From Eledone cirrhosa (Eukaryota): a stretch of 64,000 bases of DNA. The notes under the pieces are model-generated. The model did not search any database, was not told the origin of the DNA, and saw only the letters and a program-made list of their open reading frames with translations. Shown here piece by piece: positions 27,301 to 43,772 of the stretch. Each line of letters opens with the position of its first letter. Positions within the stretch are counted from its first letter, which is position 1. The stretch spans positions 373,798,001 through 373,862,000 of the forward strand of contig OZ024740.1 in assembly GCA_964016885.1 (NCBI GenBank), read 5' to 3'. The position numbers and the translations under genes are program-made.

Positions 27301-27404
27301 ATCTTTAGTCATTGTGGGCAAACGGACAGTATTTGCTTCATCGTTCCACTCTTCTTGCATTCGCAAGGCCACTCGATTCTACATTTCATTATATTAGGTT
27401 TGTG

Positions 27405-27623
27405 AGGGCGGTGTATTGGCAGTATCGGTAGAGTCAGACACCATGCTTTGCAGTATAGAGTTACGCGCCTTTACGCTCTGAATTCAAATCCTACGGAGTT
27501 TAACTTTTTCTTTTATACTTACGGGGTTGATAAAATAAGCACCAGTAACGTACTACTGTCAATTTAATCGCCTTTCCCCAACTACCAAATTACTAGCCTT
27601 GTGACTATACTAGAAATAATTAT
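27405..27623 (+). mobile_element. Near full-length tRNA-derived SINE
   Basis: A-box-like tggcagtatcgg, B-box-like attcaaatcc, body ggggttgataaaataagcaccag, 3' gccttgtgactatactagaaataatt. Confidence 0.8.
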
Positions 27624-27649
27624 ATTAGTTTTCTGTGGCATGCAGTCCT

Positions 27650-27855
27650 GCCAACTCTTAACTATGGTCATTAAACGTAATGACCGAGAGAATGCAATTG
27701 TCAACAAAACCGGCCGAAATGGGATACCTAAGAAGCGCATCTGGAGTAACGTTAATCGATAAAGCGCGTAGCGCGGAGATTAGAAAGTCAGTCATGGTAG
27801 AGCCACTACTTCTATGAATTGGGAGATCACAACTACGATACTATGAGCATTTGCT
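27650..27855 (+). mobile_element. RTE-clade LINE 3' fragment
   Basis: Homologous to 53120-53320 (VMTER...AEMG.LRSASGVTLIDKARSAEIRK). Confidence 0.75.
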
Positions 27856-29101
27856 GTTTAGTATGTTCTAATACACCTCGTGTTATCACAAATATCCATT
27901 TGCCACCAATGAGTAAACACGATAATTAATCATACTCTGAGTGGTTCAGTTGTTCGGACAACGGAAAGTCTATCTCGTGAATTTAACCTGACATTGTTTC
28001 TCTATTCTAAAACACATGTTCTCTCAACGTACTTCCCGAGAAATTGTGTGGCAAGACGTTCGTCTTTTCACTTGCAGGTAGGTCTACGTCGTCTCAGCTT
28101 TATAGACAGGAACAATGTTTAGTAGAGTACTATGGCCGAGGACTAATTGCGCTGTTAGCAATCGAACTCATGAAATTACTATCGTTACCATTGCCAGACG
28201 TATATGTTAAGTACTTAACCACGTTCTTTCAACTTATGGAGAGTAATAAGAAACCCATTCATATATTAACATTAAAACATTATAATAAGACTACAATTAG
28301 GACAATGATTCAAATCTATCAAGTTGATAATATTCCTTATTGATTCAAAAAAGGAAAAATATATTGAGGAATGTTGAGCTACGGAAGGACTAATTTCACT
28401 AGAAAGCCATACCTCGGTTAACAGGGATCAACAATAGAAACTGTCATACTTGGTTATGACACAATAATGTAATTGCAAATAGTCAGTACCGAAGGCCATA
28501 AATTACAATGAAATAACCACAATCTGTTTCCAGCCGTCATAGTTATTATGTGCAATGAAGTTTCAATTTCACTATAGCTACCAAAGCGAAATGAGTCTAT
28601 ATTTCTGAATCCCTGTTTCTATTTAAAAATCCTAATTTCTATTTCGATTCCTGTATATGGAAAGCAAATAATTACAAAATTACTAATTTTCGAACTATAC
28701 AAATAAACAATATATGATTCCTATATGGTCAATTCACTGAAGATCAAAACCTTGCTCGTGTTCAGCTTTAAAGAATGATTAGACTCAAATCGGTTTTCTA
28801 TAGCATTAGTCTTCTTATCTGTTTATTAAAGAAGCTTGGAAGGCGAAATTAGAAAGAACAAAGTATTAGGCATGACGTGTAACGGATGAGACGTATCTTT
28901 AATCATATATTAACTATATGTACGGATATAGAGTTGAACAGCCATATATGTAAACATTCACATACCCGACTACTCATATTGCTAGCGTGTAACACACGAT
29001 TCACTGCTTTCAATTATCTGCATTGCTATTAAAGTACCAGACGAAATCAGAGAACTGGCATCATACCCGTAATCTTACTGCAAAGGAATAAATACAAGCA
29101 A

Positions 29102-29335
29102 TTGCGAGGGTACAAAGGTTTGTTTATACTTTTCGCAACTTCTATACCTTTGCAACATTTCCCAGTTACATTATCCGTATTTCTTATCTTCCTTCTTCTG
29201 AACATTTCTTTTTTGTACTTCTCCATCTTCGTTCAACTACCCCTTTCGAATTATGTAAATTAATAATCTTATAAACAATCATTGCACTATATTATTCCCT
29301 CCTGATATTTTCCTTATTGACTTATAAACACACAT

Positions 29336-29391
<56 letters not shown>

Positions 29392-29634
29392 GTGTGTGTA
29401 TGTGTGTTTATAAGTCAATAAGGAAAATATCAGGAGGGAATAATATAGTGCAATGATTGTTTATAAGATTATTAATTTACATAATTCGAAAGGGGTAGTT
29501 GAACGAAGATGGAGAAGTACAAAAAAGAAATGTTCAGAAGAAGGAAGATAAGAAATACGGATAACGTAACTGGGAAATGTTGCAAAGGTATAGAAGTGGC
29601 GAAAAGTATAAAAAAAACTTTTGTGCCCTCGCAA
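29102..29634. repeat. Near-perfect 530-bp palindrome centred on (CA)n(TA)n(TG)n
   Basis: Non-microsatellite arms of ~225 bp each; inner part identical, a few mismatches only in the outer ~70 bp. Confidence 0.95.
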
Positions 29635-30255
29635 ACTCACGCATATAAATATTCGAATATACACCTGTGAATATACTAAAATAGGAATTATTAAAGTATT
29701 ATGCTAATACAAAGGAAATATCACTTTCCTTAGGTCATGAAAGCAATCCAATAGTATCACTACTGTAAAAAAACGAACAGCTTTCTGTACGCAATTCCAA
29801 GTAAATTCTCGTGCTAGAAAGCTTTATTTTATATGCAAGCATAAGCCTTCTTCAAAACACTTTCGTCACGACATAACAATACATTCTGTAATGTACAATT
29901 GATACGTATGTGTATTTACGTTCTTCAATTGTATGCATACGAGAGGTACATCGACATTTAGTTTCGTAAATGTATAAAATAATTTGCATAAACATACAGA
30001 TATATATAGATATGTATATTTATGAATGCGTGTATGTGTTTTCAGGGATTGTGTGTGTGTGTGTGTTTGCGTGTGTAACGTTGTAAGCCAAAGTCTTATA
30101 GACAGCACAGACAATAAGAAGACACTACATTAACATATACTTATATATAACATATATATATATGAATTAGGTTTACACACACACACTCACATGCACACAC
30201 ATTCGCATGCATACTCACACGATCAGAGACACACACACACACAAACACACACCCT

Positions 30256-31885
<1,630 letters not shown>

Positions 31886-32363
31886 TATATATATTACGTA
31901 CAAGGGCTTCTTCTGTCAGTAGAGAATATTTGTTTGAAAGCGTTGTAGTCAAGAATTACAATCATATTTGTATAAGACACATATAATAGGATTTCAGTAA
32001 TCTATGATTTCTAAAACATAAATATCTAGATGTACCTTGGGTGAGGGAAAATATATAAAATATTTTCATGAGTAAAGAAATTGTAAATAGATAAACACGA
32101 ATCCAGGTTAGATAATTCTCCGGATATAAGGGAAATCATAAGATGGATGACGTATGTATATTATCCAGGAATTATTTCTTTGTAAAACACTTGACATCCT
32201 GTCACAATGCTTCTGTGAACAGGTAGACAATTCTAGTTGAAAGATGAATGGATATAGTATGGGATGTTGTTAAATATATAATTCGATGGCACAATTATAA
32301 TGCAATTACCTTGCATTACGTATGTATACACACGCACATACACACACACATACCCCCCACCCC

Positions 32364-32405
<42 letters not shown>

Positions 32406-32448
32406 GGTATATATTTTATCTAGTGATTCTAAGGACATGATTTATGAT

Positions 32449-32481
<33 letters not shown>

Positions 32482-33843
32482 AATATATATATATATGTAG
32501 TAATAATAATAAATGTGAAGACTAATGTGATTCTTTGCTGCAACAATCTGTTATTTTAATATATACGTATATACATCAACGTGTATAAACATACACAATC
32601 ATTTAGTAGGGGGATATAAAAACATGCGCGAATATACGAATTCCCTGTGAATTGAAGAAGTGATAAATATCTTTAAATCGATTTTCGTATTTTATTAAAC
32701 GCATATCTGAAGACGTGTATATGCGTTTATATGTAAATGTAATGCTGGTCTGTATGATACTCTTGACAGACATTCAGGAATATTCATACGGAAAACAAAA
32801 TAACCGAGAGGACGTTTAACATTCTAAATAACATATTTACTCTGTTCCTTATATTTAGACCATTTCGACTACTATTTGAACTGAATAAAATGTGATTTTA
32901 AGATATCCCTAATAAATGAATTCGTAAGGAAATGCTTGCTTGTCAGGTATTGTGATATGAATATTAAATACTAATTCAATGTTGGTTGCGTTGAAAAAGG
33001 AAAATGCCATTCTCTAAAAATGCCATGAAACGATTGCATGAATAATATTTCATAAAGTGGGTTTGCAGCATTAGTGGCATATATATCAGTTTCGCTTTAT
33101 ATAAATCAACAGATATGTGACTTCTATAATTTGAATTGTGAAAGTATACATCATTAAAATACGCCTGTCTGAGATGCTTGTAACTAAATAAGATATTGAA
33201 AAAAATATAGAACAAAAGACATTTTGGGAAAACTTACCTATAATTACACAAAATTTAAATAACACACATTTTTATTTCACTATAAATTTTATATATGCAC
33301 AACGCTTGAAACTAGCATTTTTTAAAGTTTCTTATTCATAATCAATTCCAAACAATGATTTTAGTTTCAATTGGTTAATAATTTGACGTCACACTACGGG
33401 AAAAGATAATCACTTAAATATGTATGAATTTGACAGGAATTAGAAAATCGTGTAATTATATATTTCAGACAAGCACGAAATACTACTTACATCATAACAT
33501 AAAACGCAAGTATATTTAGTTATATGAAATACAAGCATGAGACTACATCATATAGACGCTCTTCACGAAAAATAGAAAAGGAAGGTTATTAAAAAATACA
33601 GAAAACACCCATATTATCCATTATTAATGTGAAAGAAAACATAATGAATTGATGGAAGAAAAGGATATGTTAATTATAAGCTCCACAGGAACATGTATAT
33701 TAACCTATGTTTCGTGTATTGTCAAAGTATACACTGTGAATAAATCCTCGTTAAAATTGATAGTTATCTCAAGCACAAACAACGCTACAGAGACACATGC
33801 ACACACGTAAGCACATGTTCACAAACAGACATGCACAAATATA

Positions 33844-33879
<36 letters not shown>

Positions 33880-33928
33880 TCATATTTGTAGGTATATAGA
33901 TAGATAGAGAGAGAAGGTGATAGAGATG

Positions 33929-34009
<81 letters not shown>

Positions 34010-34393
34010 TGTATGTATATATATATATATATATATGTATGTGTTTGTGTCTGTGTGTCTGTGTGTGGGTGTATATGTGTGTGTGCATTGGAAGTGGAGA
34101 TGGGAGAATGTGGTGAAATGTTTATAAAAAGATAAAATTGTGTAGAGAAATAGAGAAATGTTATATATAATGTAGTGGAGACATAAAGAGCGGAAGTAAG
34201 ACGACAACGAAAATTATCATTGTAATTTGAACAACAATATCAATATATTAATATTGACAGAAACTAGATCAAATTTGAACGTTTCATTTATCCGATCTTT
34301 TAAAACAAACATGCAGATATAAACTTATAAAGTGGCATATGTAACAAACGCAGGGCTACACACAGATGATATATATATATATATAAATATAAG

Positions 34394-34438
34394 GATGATG
34401 TTGATGATGATGTTGATGATGATGACGATGATGATGAT

Positions 34439-34481
<43 letters not shown>
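34394..34481. repeat. (GAT)n(TAA)n microsatellite at the 5' junction of an R4/Dong copy
   Basis: Read directly. Confidence 0.95.
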
Positions 34482-36523
34482 GGTACCAGAGTGGTTGACA
34501 AAAGGTACCACAATTCTGATAATGAAGGACCGATCAAGGGTAATGATGATACCAACTATAGACCTACAGCATGTCTGTCTGTAATGTGGAAACTGTTGAC
34601 AAGCATTATGTCTGAGGAAATGTACCATCACCTCCACACAAACAACTTGTTACCGGACGAACAGAAAGGATGCCGAAAGAAGACACGTGGTGCAAAGGAC
34701 CAGTTACTTATTGATAAGATGGTAATGAGGAATTGCAAGAGGAGACAGACATGGTGCCTCATTCTTGGATCACCAAAAGCCTGGAGATCTTCAAGGTGCC
34801 AGATAACATCAGACAGTTGTTGGGCAAAAGTATGAAGTTCTGGGAAACAGAGTTAACATCAACTGGAGAATCCTTGGGAAGCGTGAAGATCAAGAGAGGT
34901 ATCTTCCAGGGAGATAATATGTCCCCTCTGTTGTTTGTCCTTGCCATGATGCCCCTGACCAGTGTACTGCGAAAAGTGAGAGCAGGATACAGGTTGGGAA
35001 AGGGAGGGATTACCATCAATCACCTCCTCTTTATGGACGAGTGAGAGGAGTTGGATGTGCTTGTTGACACTGTCCGTATTTTCAGCAATGATATATGTAT
35101 GCAGTTTGGTATTAGTAGGTGTGGAGTCATTGTGATGAAGAGGGCTAAGTTGAGCAGAAGTAACGGAATCCAGGTACCAACAGGTGAGATGATAAAGGAA
35201 ATTGACTCTGAAGAAGGATACATGTATTTGGGCGTTTTGGAGGCTGATGATATCAATAACAAAAAATGAAGGAATTGATAAGAACTGAATACATTCGGAG
35301 AGTAAGGAGCGTATTAAAGTCACATCTGAACAGTAGGAATGCCATAAGTGCAGTAAATTCCCGAGCTGTGTCTATTATTAGGTACAGTGCGGGAATTCTG
35401 AGATGGAATGTTGCAGAACAAAAATAAATGGATAGGAATACTAGGAAGCTATTGACTATCTACAACATGTTCCACAAGAGGATTGATGTCGATAGACTCT
35501 ACTTAAGGAGATCTAAAGTTGGAAGAGGTCTTATCAGCATAGAGGACTGTGTTCAGATGGAGAAAAACAACCTACACAAATACGTGACTGATAGTAAGGT
35601 GCCAATGCTCAGAACTGTACTGAAGGAGGGTACAATAGGCCAGAGGATGTCCAAGGAGGAAATAACATCAAGGAGAAAGAGCAGCCTTCAGGAAAAATCC
35701 CTTCATAGTACCTTCTTTGAGAAAACTGAATGTATAGATCCACAGATATGGAACTGGTTGAAAAGAGGAGACCTTAAAAAGGCTACAGAAGGAATGTTAA
35801 TGGCTGCGCAGGAGCAGGCCCTCAAAACGAAGTGGTTGAAACACCATATTTACAAGGAGGAGGCTAGCCCACTGTGCAGGATCTGTGGAGAGAGAGAGGA
35901 GACTGTGGCTCACATTGTATCCGAGTGTAAACACCTAGCCCAGACTCACTACAAGGGCTGGAGACATGATGTGATTGGCAGGGTGATCCACTGGCACCTG
36001 TGCAAAGTAAACAATTTACCACATTTTTAGAAGTGGTATGAGCATAAGCCAGAGGCGGTGATAGAAAACAATCAAGTGCAGGTGCTGTGGGATTTTAGGA
36101 TACAGACGGACAAGAAACTGGAACACAATAGACCTGACCTGGTGGTTGTGGACAAAGAAAAAAGATCGTGCCTGATTGTGGATGTGACCTGCCCATTCGA
36201 CACGAGAGGGCAAGAGAAGGAGAGGGAAAAAATTAACGGATACCAGGACTTAAATTGAGAGGAAAAAAAGATTTGGAACTGCCATGAATTTAAAGTGGTC
36301 CCGATTGTCATAGGTGCACTAGGTACTATCTCAAAAAGTTTTCCGTGATGGTTAAAGAAAATTGGCCCCTTCACTCTTTTTGGAACGTATCAAAAGGCAT
36401 GCTTGCTGTGAACAGCAAGAACCCTCCGATACGTCCTGAATATCTGAGGTTGCAGGTAGTGGCTTGATATTCATTTCAACAAACTTTCCAGTTAACTATC
36501 ATCAGTGACTGAAACTCAAAGAG
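34482..36523 (+). mobile_element. 5'-truncated R4/Dong-clade LINE (RT plus restriction-like endonuclease), decayed
   Basis: NYRPTACL, EQKGC..KDQLLID, RGIFQGD.MSPLLF, HLLFMD, CRICGEREETVAHIVSEC, RHD, HNRPDLVVVD; (TAA)n at both ends. Confidence 0.95.
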
Positions 36524-36682
36524 TAATAATAATGAAAAGAAGCGAGGAGGGTATCAAAAGACTGGGTTAGTGATTCGGTCAAATAGCTAACAACAACAAC
36601 ACTTATGTTGTTGTATCTCTAAACTCTCTCAAAATGTTTAGTTTAAAGGATGTCAGATCTAAACTATAATATAATAATACTA

Positions 36683-36770
36683 ATAGTTTCTGCTTTTGGC
36701 ACCGTGTCAGCAATTGTCCCGGTGGGTTGCTGGTGCTCTGTTTTGTCGGCCCCGTAAGGATGAAAGGAAA
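36683..36770 (-). mobile_element. SINE 3' fragment
   Basis: agtttctgcttttggcac...cagcaatt...ccccgtaaggatgaaagg. Confidence 0.7.
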
Positions 36771-37049
36771 AAAAATAATAATGATAACCAACAAGTCGAA
36801 CAATTATAAAACAGAACAGAGACAGAAGCAAACGCAACAACAAACACAAATTTCAAAGGTTTTGACCACAATAACCCCCACTTCCCTTAGTAGGAGCAGC
36901 AACAACAACACTGGTAACCGATGTTACTGGCCTTGTAAAACGAAAAAAGGAAAAAAAACAAACAAACAAAAAAAATGAACTCAGACATTCAAACATTACA
37001 ATGAAACTTTTTATCTATGTATTTGTTTATTTATTTATGTTCGTCTACC

Positions 37050-40000
37050 ACATGATAGTGCCACGCTAAAATCACCAGGGGTGATGAAATTACAAGGGGT
37101 GATGAAATGACAGCTGGTTATGTAACCATACATTCACCAATCCTCGATATGAGTGCATAAATGTCCCCTGGCCCAGCAGCTGGGACCTGGCTGTCATCCA
37201 AATACTGCTGGTGTTGGAGGAAGAAGAAGGAAAGAGACAAGAACCAACTGGACGAAAGAATTGAATAGAACTGTTATGTAATGTTACCTGAAGAGTAACC
37301 CAAAGAAGAAAGGCTATAGGAAACGGATGCATAACATCTGGAACGAGATTGGTCTATATAAATTAGATAAATATAAATTGGCCGGGCAGGTCCGGAATAA
37401 TAAGAAATAATGGATGGATAAACGAGTTTGAACTGGAAGAACTGAGCAGAGAGATTGGGTTGGAAATGGAGAGTGGCGTGTGCAAAGGCAAACGAGCCAG
37501 TGAGAAATGAAGGTGAAGAGGTTGCGAGACCGGAAGAAGCATCTGAAGCAGACAATGATCTGAATGCTGGCATAGATAGCATCTGGAACAAAGATGCGAC
37601 CATTGGGGAAATGAATGCTGACGGCCTAGGACAATATTTGGTTGATATCCTAAACTTAGTGGTAGATGGAATGAACAATGATAGTGGGAAACCTATGAAC
37701 CTAAGATTTGTAGACAGGAAAACGTTCAAAGAAAAAACAGCTAAGGTAAACAAAGTCATCCCATAGCTTGAGGCGAGGAACATTCACCTATGCAACAATA
37801 TCTTCAAAGCAACAGAAAATGCGGTGAGGAAATTACTTGGCATAAAAACGAGAGGAAACAACAAACAAGAAAGATCAGAACCTTGGTGGAAGAAACGACT
37901 GAATGGTCAAATCAGGGAAATGAAAAATTACATTGGTAAGCTTGAGTCCCTATTGAATGGGACACTACAAAACATAGACATTAAAAATAGACTGGAAATA
38001 AAGTACAAAACTAGGAGGAAAAAGATGAATATGATCATAGAGGAACTGAAGCAACGCATTGTAGCAAAGAGTGCAAAAATTAGGCGATACGAGAGCAGAG
38101 TCAGTCAGTATAGACAGAACCGCATGTCTGACAACAACCAGAAGATGCTGTTTGGACAGCTTGAAGGGAAAGAAAGAGGCACGACTTTATCCGTGAGGCG
38201 GAACAGACTAAGACATTCTGGAGAGGAATATGGGAGCAGGATGTTGATCATAATGATCAGGCAGTGTGGATTGAGACAGTACAAAAGGAGATTAGTGAAC
38301 AGGCACACCAACAAACTGATTTAAGTATCACAGTTGAAACTCTTAAAGGGCAGGCCAGACAACTAACCAACTGGAAATCACCAGGCCCAGATGTGTGCAT
38401 GGGTATTGGATTAAAAAATATAACATCCCCCCACCCGAAACTGACAACCATGTTCAATGACTGCTTGATGTCGGTGAGGTACCAGAGTTGTTGACAAAGG
38501 GTAACACAGTCCTGATAATGAGAGACTGAATCAAGGGAAATGATGTTACCAACTATAGACCTATCACATATCTATCCGTAATGTGGAAACTGTTAACAAG
38601 CATTGTGTCTGAGAAAATCTACCATCACCTCCACACAAACAACTTGTTACCGGACGGACAGAAAGGATGGCTAAAGAAGTCCCGTGGTACAAAAGACCAG
38701 TTACTTATTGATAAGATGGCAATGGGCAATTGCAAGAGGAGACACACTGGTCTTACCATGTGATGGATAGACTAGAAAAAGGCATTCCACATGGTACCTC
38801 ATTCTTGGATAACCAAAAGCCTAGAGATCTTCAAGGTGGAAGATAACATCAGACAGTTGTTGAGCAAAAGTATGAAGTCCTGGAAAACAGAGTTAACACT
38901 AGCTGGAGAATCATCGGGAGGCGTGAAGTTCAAGAGAGGTATCTTCCAGAGAGATAGTCTGTCCCATCTGTTGTTTGTCCTTGCCCTGATAACCCTAACC
39001 ATTATACTGCGAAATGTGAGAACAGGCTACAAGTTGGGAAAAGGAGAGCTTACCATCAAAGCACCTCCTCTTCATGGAGATCTTAAGCTCTTCAGGAAGA
39101 GTGAGAAGGACCTGGATGTGCTTGTTGACAATGTCCGTATTTTCAGCAATGATATATGTATGAAATTTGGTATTAGTAAGTGTAGAATCCTTGTGATGAA
39201 GAGGAGTAAATTGAGCAGAAGCAACGGAATCCAGATACCAACAGGTGAGATGATAAATGAAATTGACGCTGAAGAATGATACAAACATTTAGGTGTTCTG
39301 GAGGCAGATTACATCAAGCACAAAATAATGAAGCAAATGATAAGATCTGACTACATTAGGAGAGTAAGGAGCGTATTAAAATCACATCTAAATAGTAGGA
39401 ATGTCAGAAGTGCAGTAGATTCCCTATCTGTGTCTATTATTAGGTACATTGCGGGAATTCTGAGATGGAATGTTAGTAAACAAAAAGAAATGGATAGGAA
39501 GACTAGGAAGCTATTGACTATCTACAACATGTTCCACAAGAGGGGTGATGTCGATAGATTCTACTTAAGGAGATCTGAAGGGGGAAGAGGTCTTAGCGGC
39601 ATAGAGGACGGTCAGAAGGGAGCCAATGCTCAGAATTGTACTGAAGGAGAGGACAATAGACAAGGGGATGTCCAAGGAGGAAATAACAACAATGAGAAAG
39701 CGCAACCTTCATGAAAAATCCCTTTATAGTACCTTATTTGAGAAAACTGAATTTAGACATCCACAGACAAGGAACTGGTTAAAAAGAGAAGACCTTAAAA
39801 AGGCTACAGAACGAATACTAATGGCTGCGCAGGAGCAGTCTCTCAAAACCAAGTGGCTGAAACACCATATTTACAAGGAGGAGGTCAGCCCACTGTGTAG
39901 GATCTGTGGGGAGAGAGAGGAGACTGTGGCTCATATTGTATCCGAGTGTAAACACCTAGCTCAGACTCACTGTAAAGGCTGGAGACATGATGTGATGGGC

Positions 40001-40547
40001 AGGGTGATCCACTGGCACCTATGCAAAGTAGGCAATTTACCACATTTTGAGAAGTGGTATGAGCATAAGCCAGAGGAGTCGGTGATAGAAAACGATCAGG
40101 TGAAGGTGCTGTGGGATATTAGGAGTCAGACGGACAAGAATCTGGAACACAATAGACCTGACCTGGTTGTTTTTGGACAATGAGAACAGATCGTGTCTGA
40201 TTGGGGATGTAGCCTGCCCATTCGACACAAGATTCAAGAGAAGGAGAGGGAGAAAATTACCGATACCAGGACTTAAAGTGGGAGGTAAAAAGGATTAGGA
40301 ACTGCCATGAAATCAGAGTCATCAGATTGTCATAGCTGCAATAGTTACTATTTCAAAGAGTTTCCAAGGATGGTTAAAGAAAATTGGTCCCGCCCCGCTT
40401 TTAGGAACACTTCAAGGGGCCATGCTTGCTGGGAACAGAAAGAACCCTCCGATACGTCCTGAATATCTGAGGTTGGAGGCAGTGGCTTTATATTCATTTC
40501 AACAAACCTTCCAGTTAAATAACATCAGTAACTGTGACTCAAAGAAC
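37050..40547 (+). mobile_element. Near full-length R4/Dong-clade LINE, decayed (same family as 34482-36523)
   Basis: N-terminal WTKELN..VM.CY...GYRKRMHNIW, EPWWKKRL, NWKSPGPD, RT motifs, CCHC, RHD, NRPD; ends in (TAA)n. Confidence 0.95.
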
Positions 40548-40569
40548 AATAATAATAATAATAATTACA

Positions 40570-40602
<33 letters not shown>

Positions 40603-43600
40603 TTAGCACAAAGTCAGCGAAGGGAAAATGAAACATGTGTCAGTGAAAACGAAGTACATTGTAACACTTCAAATCCCAGGGTTGGGGCGGAATCACCGCC
40701 AGCAGAACAAATTAAAGAAAGGATCGAAAAATTGGAAGCGGTGCATGCTCAAGATGAAACTCAAAATGAAAACAATGAGATCGTCAATGATAAAGAAATG
40801 AATGAGAAAGAACTCGCCAACTTGAAGAATGAAATTATGATCGAATGGATGAAAATGAAAGAATCTGACATGGAGGAACGGGACCCTCTCCATAAGATCC
40901 AGAACACCAAACTAAACCAAAGGATAATACACAAGACTAACATAACTCTCAAAAACATTATCATGAAAAATAAACTAAACATTACTTATCGAAATCATCT
41001 CTATTATGCATCGGCTAAAATCACCACTCACTTATGTGGATGAAAATGATAAAGCAAAGGAATTGCCACAAAAATACTACTTGGCAAGAGAACATCAATC
41101 GCCAAATAAACCTTCTCCGATCTGACATAGAAATGTTAACAAACTACTAAGTAGGTGAACATGTTAAACAAACTAAACTTAGAAAATTGAAAAGAAAATA
41201 CAATATCAAATCAACAAGTGACATAGACATGCTGATAGAAACAATCAAGCAAAAAGTGTCGGCCAAAGCTGCTTGTTAAGGACAATAATATGTTCAAAAA
41301 CAACCAGAAAAATTGGCAAGTCAAGAATAACTGCTAAATCATGGATAGACAGAAAATTGAAAGATTCAGCTCACTTTGAGGGAACATCATGGGAAGATAT
41401 AACAGTTGAACATCTGCGTTTAGCTCTTAGAAAACCCAGCAAATGGAAGTCCCCAGGGAAAGAGAAAATGCCAATTGTTTTGATAAATGCCTTCACAGAG
41501 CCCAAATTTACAATGAACTGGTTAAGGAGCCAGAAAAGATACCATCATGGCTAGTTAACGGCATTACGTTCCGACTTCCGAAGAATGATGAGACAAACAA
41601 TCCCCAAAATTACAAACCGATAACTTGCTGGACCACAATGTATAACATTTTAAAATCAGTCCTAACTGAATATACGTATGATCACCTGACAACAAATGAT
41701 CTATTTTCAAATGAGCGGAAAGGGTGTAAACGCGGTTCATATGGCTGTAAGGATCAGCTTTTGGTTAACAAAATGATACTGGAAGATTGTCATAATAGAC
41801 ACACAAATCTATCACTTTCTTGGATATATTACATAGAAGCATTCGATAGTTTGTAATACAGTTGTATTGAAAAGTGTTTAGAGATTTTCAAAATATCTCC
41901 CGTTGTCATTCTGTATGATGACATGGAAAACGACACTGCTTTTGAAAAGTGAAAAAAAATTACTGGAAGCTGGAGAAGTTATTATTAATTGTGGAATGTT
42001 TCAGGGTGACTCTTTATCACCGCTTTTATTCTGCATCGCACTTATACCATAAAGTAAAATGCTCAATGAAACAAAACATTGATATACAGTCTATGACAAA
42101 ACCATCAATCACTTGTTCTACGTGGATGACCTGAAACTATTTGAAATAAATTATGAGCAAGGGCTATTATCCACCGTGAAGGAGTTCAGTGATATTAAAA
42201 TGGAGTCTGGACTAGATAAATGCGCCAAAGCAACGTTCACCATACGAAAGCTGCTTAGACGTTCAGACATTTCTCTTGATCGGGGGAATGTAATATGAGA
42301 ACTTGATCAAGCACAATGAGGGAAAGGATAAGGAAGGAATGTTACGGCAGAGTAAGAGAAATTTTAAGAACAGAATTGAATTGAAGGAATAGGATCGATG
42401 CCATAAACAAGTGTGCCATACCAGTAGTAATCTACAGTTTCAATGTCATCAACTCGTCAAGAGATCCGCAGGCTCGATACAAAGATTAGAACATTCTTAA
42501 CCATGCACAGAATGCATCACCATAAGGCAGATACAGATAGAATATATCTCCCTAGGAAAGAAGGAGGACGTGGATTTATCCAGTTAGATATTGCTTTGAA
42601 AATTGAAACAATTGGATTATCTACATATCTAAGGGAATCACATGATTGAATGATCAAACTCGTTTTGAAACATCAAAAGATCATAATCCATTACAAAGGA
42701 TGCACAAAGATAGTAATGAACTACACATTTCAGAAGTTCCATTTACTGCTGAAATGAAAAACAGAGAAAAAGCAAAGTAGGTAACAGAAACTGCAAAGAA
42801 AGAACTGCTACAAAAACGGGCTAAGAAATGGCAAGAAAAACCTGTGTATGGAAAATACCCAGAAAGAGCCAACAATCGTGATGTTGACAAAACACTAACC
42901 CATCAGTGGTTGGGAACCTCTGGACTGAAACTGGAGTCTGAAAGACTGATTATATCAGCACAAGATCAGTGTCTGCCAACAAAAATTATCAAGCCATTAA
43001 AATAAAAGATGGATGCATCCCATTATGCCGTGTATGTAAAAAACAACCAGAGACCATTGATTATATGTGCAGTCAATGTGCAGTCCTATATCTCCAACAG
43101 AATACCTAAACAGGCACGACAGAGCTGCACAATACATACATTGGATAATGTGTAAGCACCTTCACCTGCCCCATCAAAAGAATTGGTGGGAGCATCAACC
43201 ACCTCCCGTACTTCAAAGATCACATCTCAATCTTGTGGAACTTTAGCATCCAAAGAGACATAAAATAGAGGCAAATAGACCTGATATAATACTGAAGAAC
43301 TTTAAAAAGAGGGTATGCCTGCTAATTGGCATGTCCGTTCCAATAGACAAGAATGTATCTATAAAAATATTTGGAAAATTGAGCAAGCATAAAGACCTGG
43401 AGATAGAAATTGAAAATATGTGGAAGTTGAGAACTAAAGCAATGCCAGTGGTCGTGGGCGCTCTAGGAATGATACCTAAAGGGTCTAATGAATTCTTATC
43501 CCTAATCCAATGCAACCCGCGTATATGTGAAATTCTAAAGATAGTAGTAATGGGAACTGCCCATATACTAAGGATGATTCTGTCAATATAAGTACATCAC

Positions 43601-43740
43601 AAGTCTAAACACCTAAATATGCATGTGCGTGTATATGTATGTTCTTTCTTGAACATGGCGGTCCTTGTTGCCTCTTGAGTTCACTGTATGTGTATTGGTG
43701 ATAACTCGTATGAACATAAAGCAAGATAAATGCATATATT
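40603..43740 (+). mobile_element. R4/Dong-clade LINE, second family, decayed
   Basis: KWKSPG, NYKPITC, ERKGC...KDQLLVNK, FYVDDLKLF, PRKEGGRG, PVVVGALG, GTAHILR; (AAT)n on both sides. Confidence 0.93.
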
Positions 43741-43772
43741 ATAATAATAATAATACTACTACTAATAATAAT

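Noticed and set aside
27405-27500. tRNA gene
   Set aside because: A/B-box-like SINE head only; no cloverleaf
32697-32810. ctgaaga...gaaa possible hammerhead
   Set aside because: Could not form convincing stems I and III
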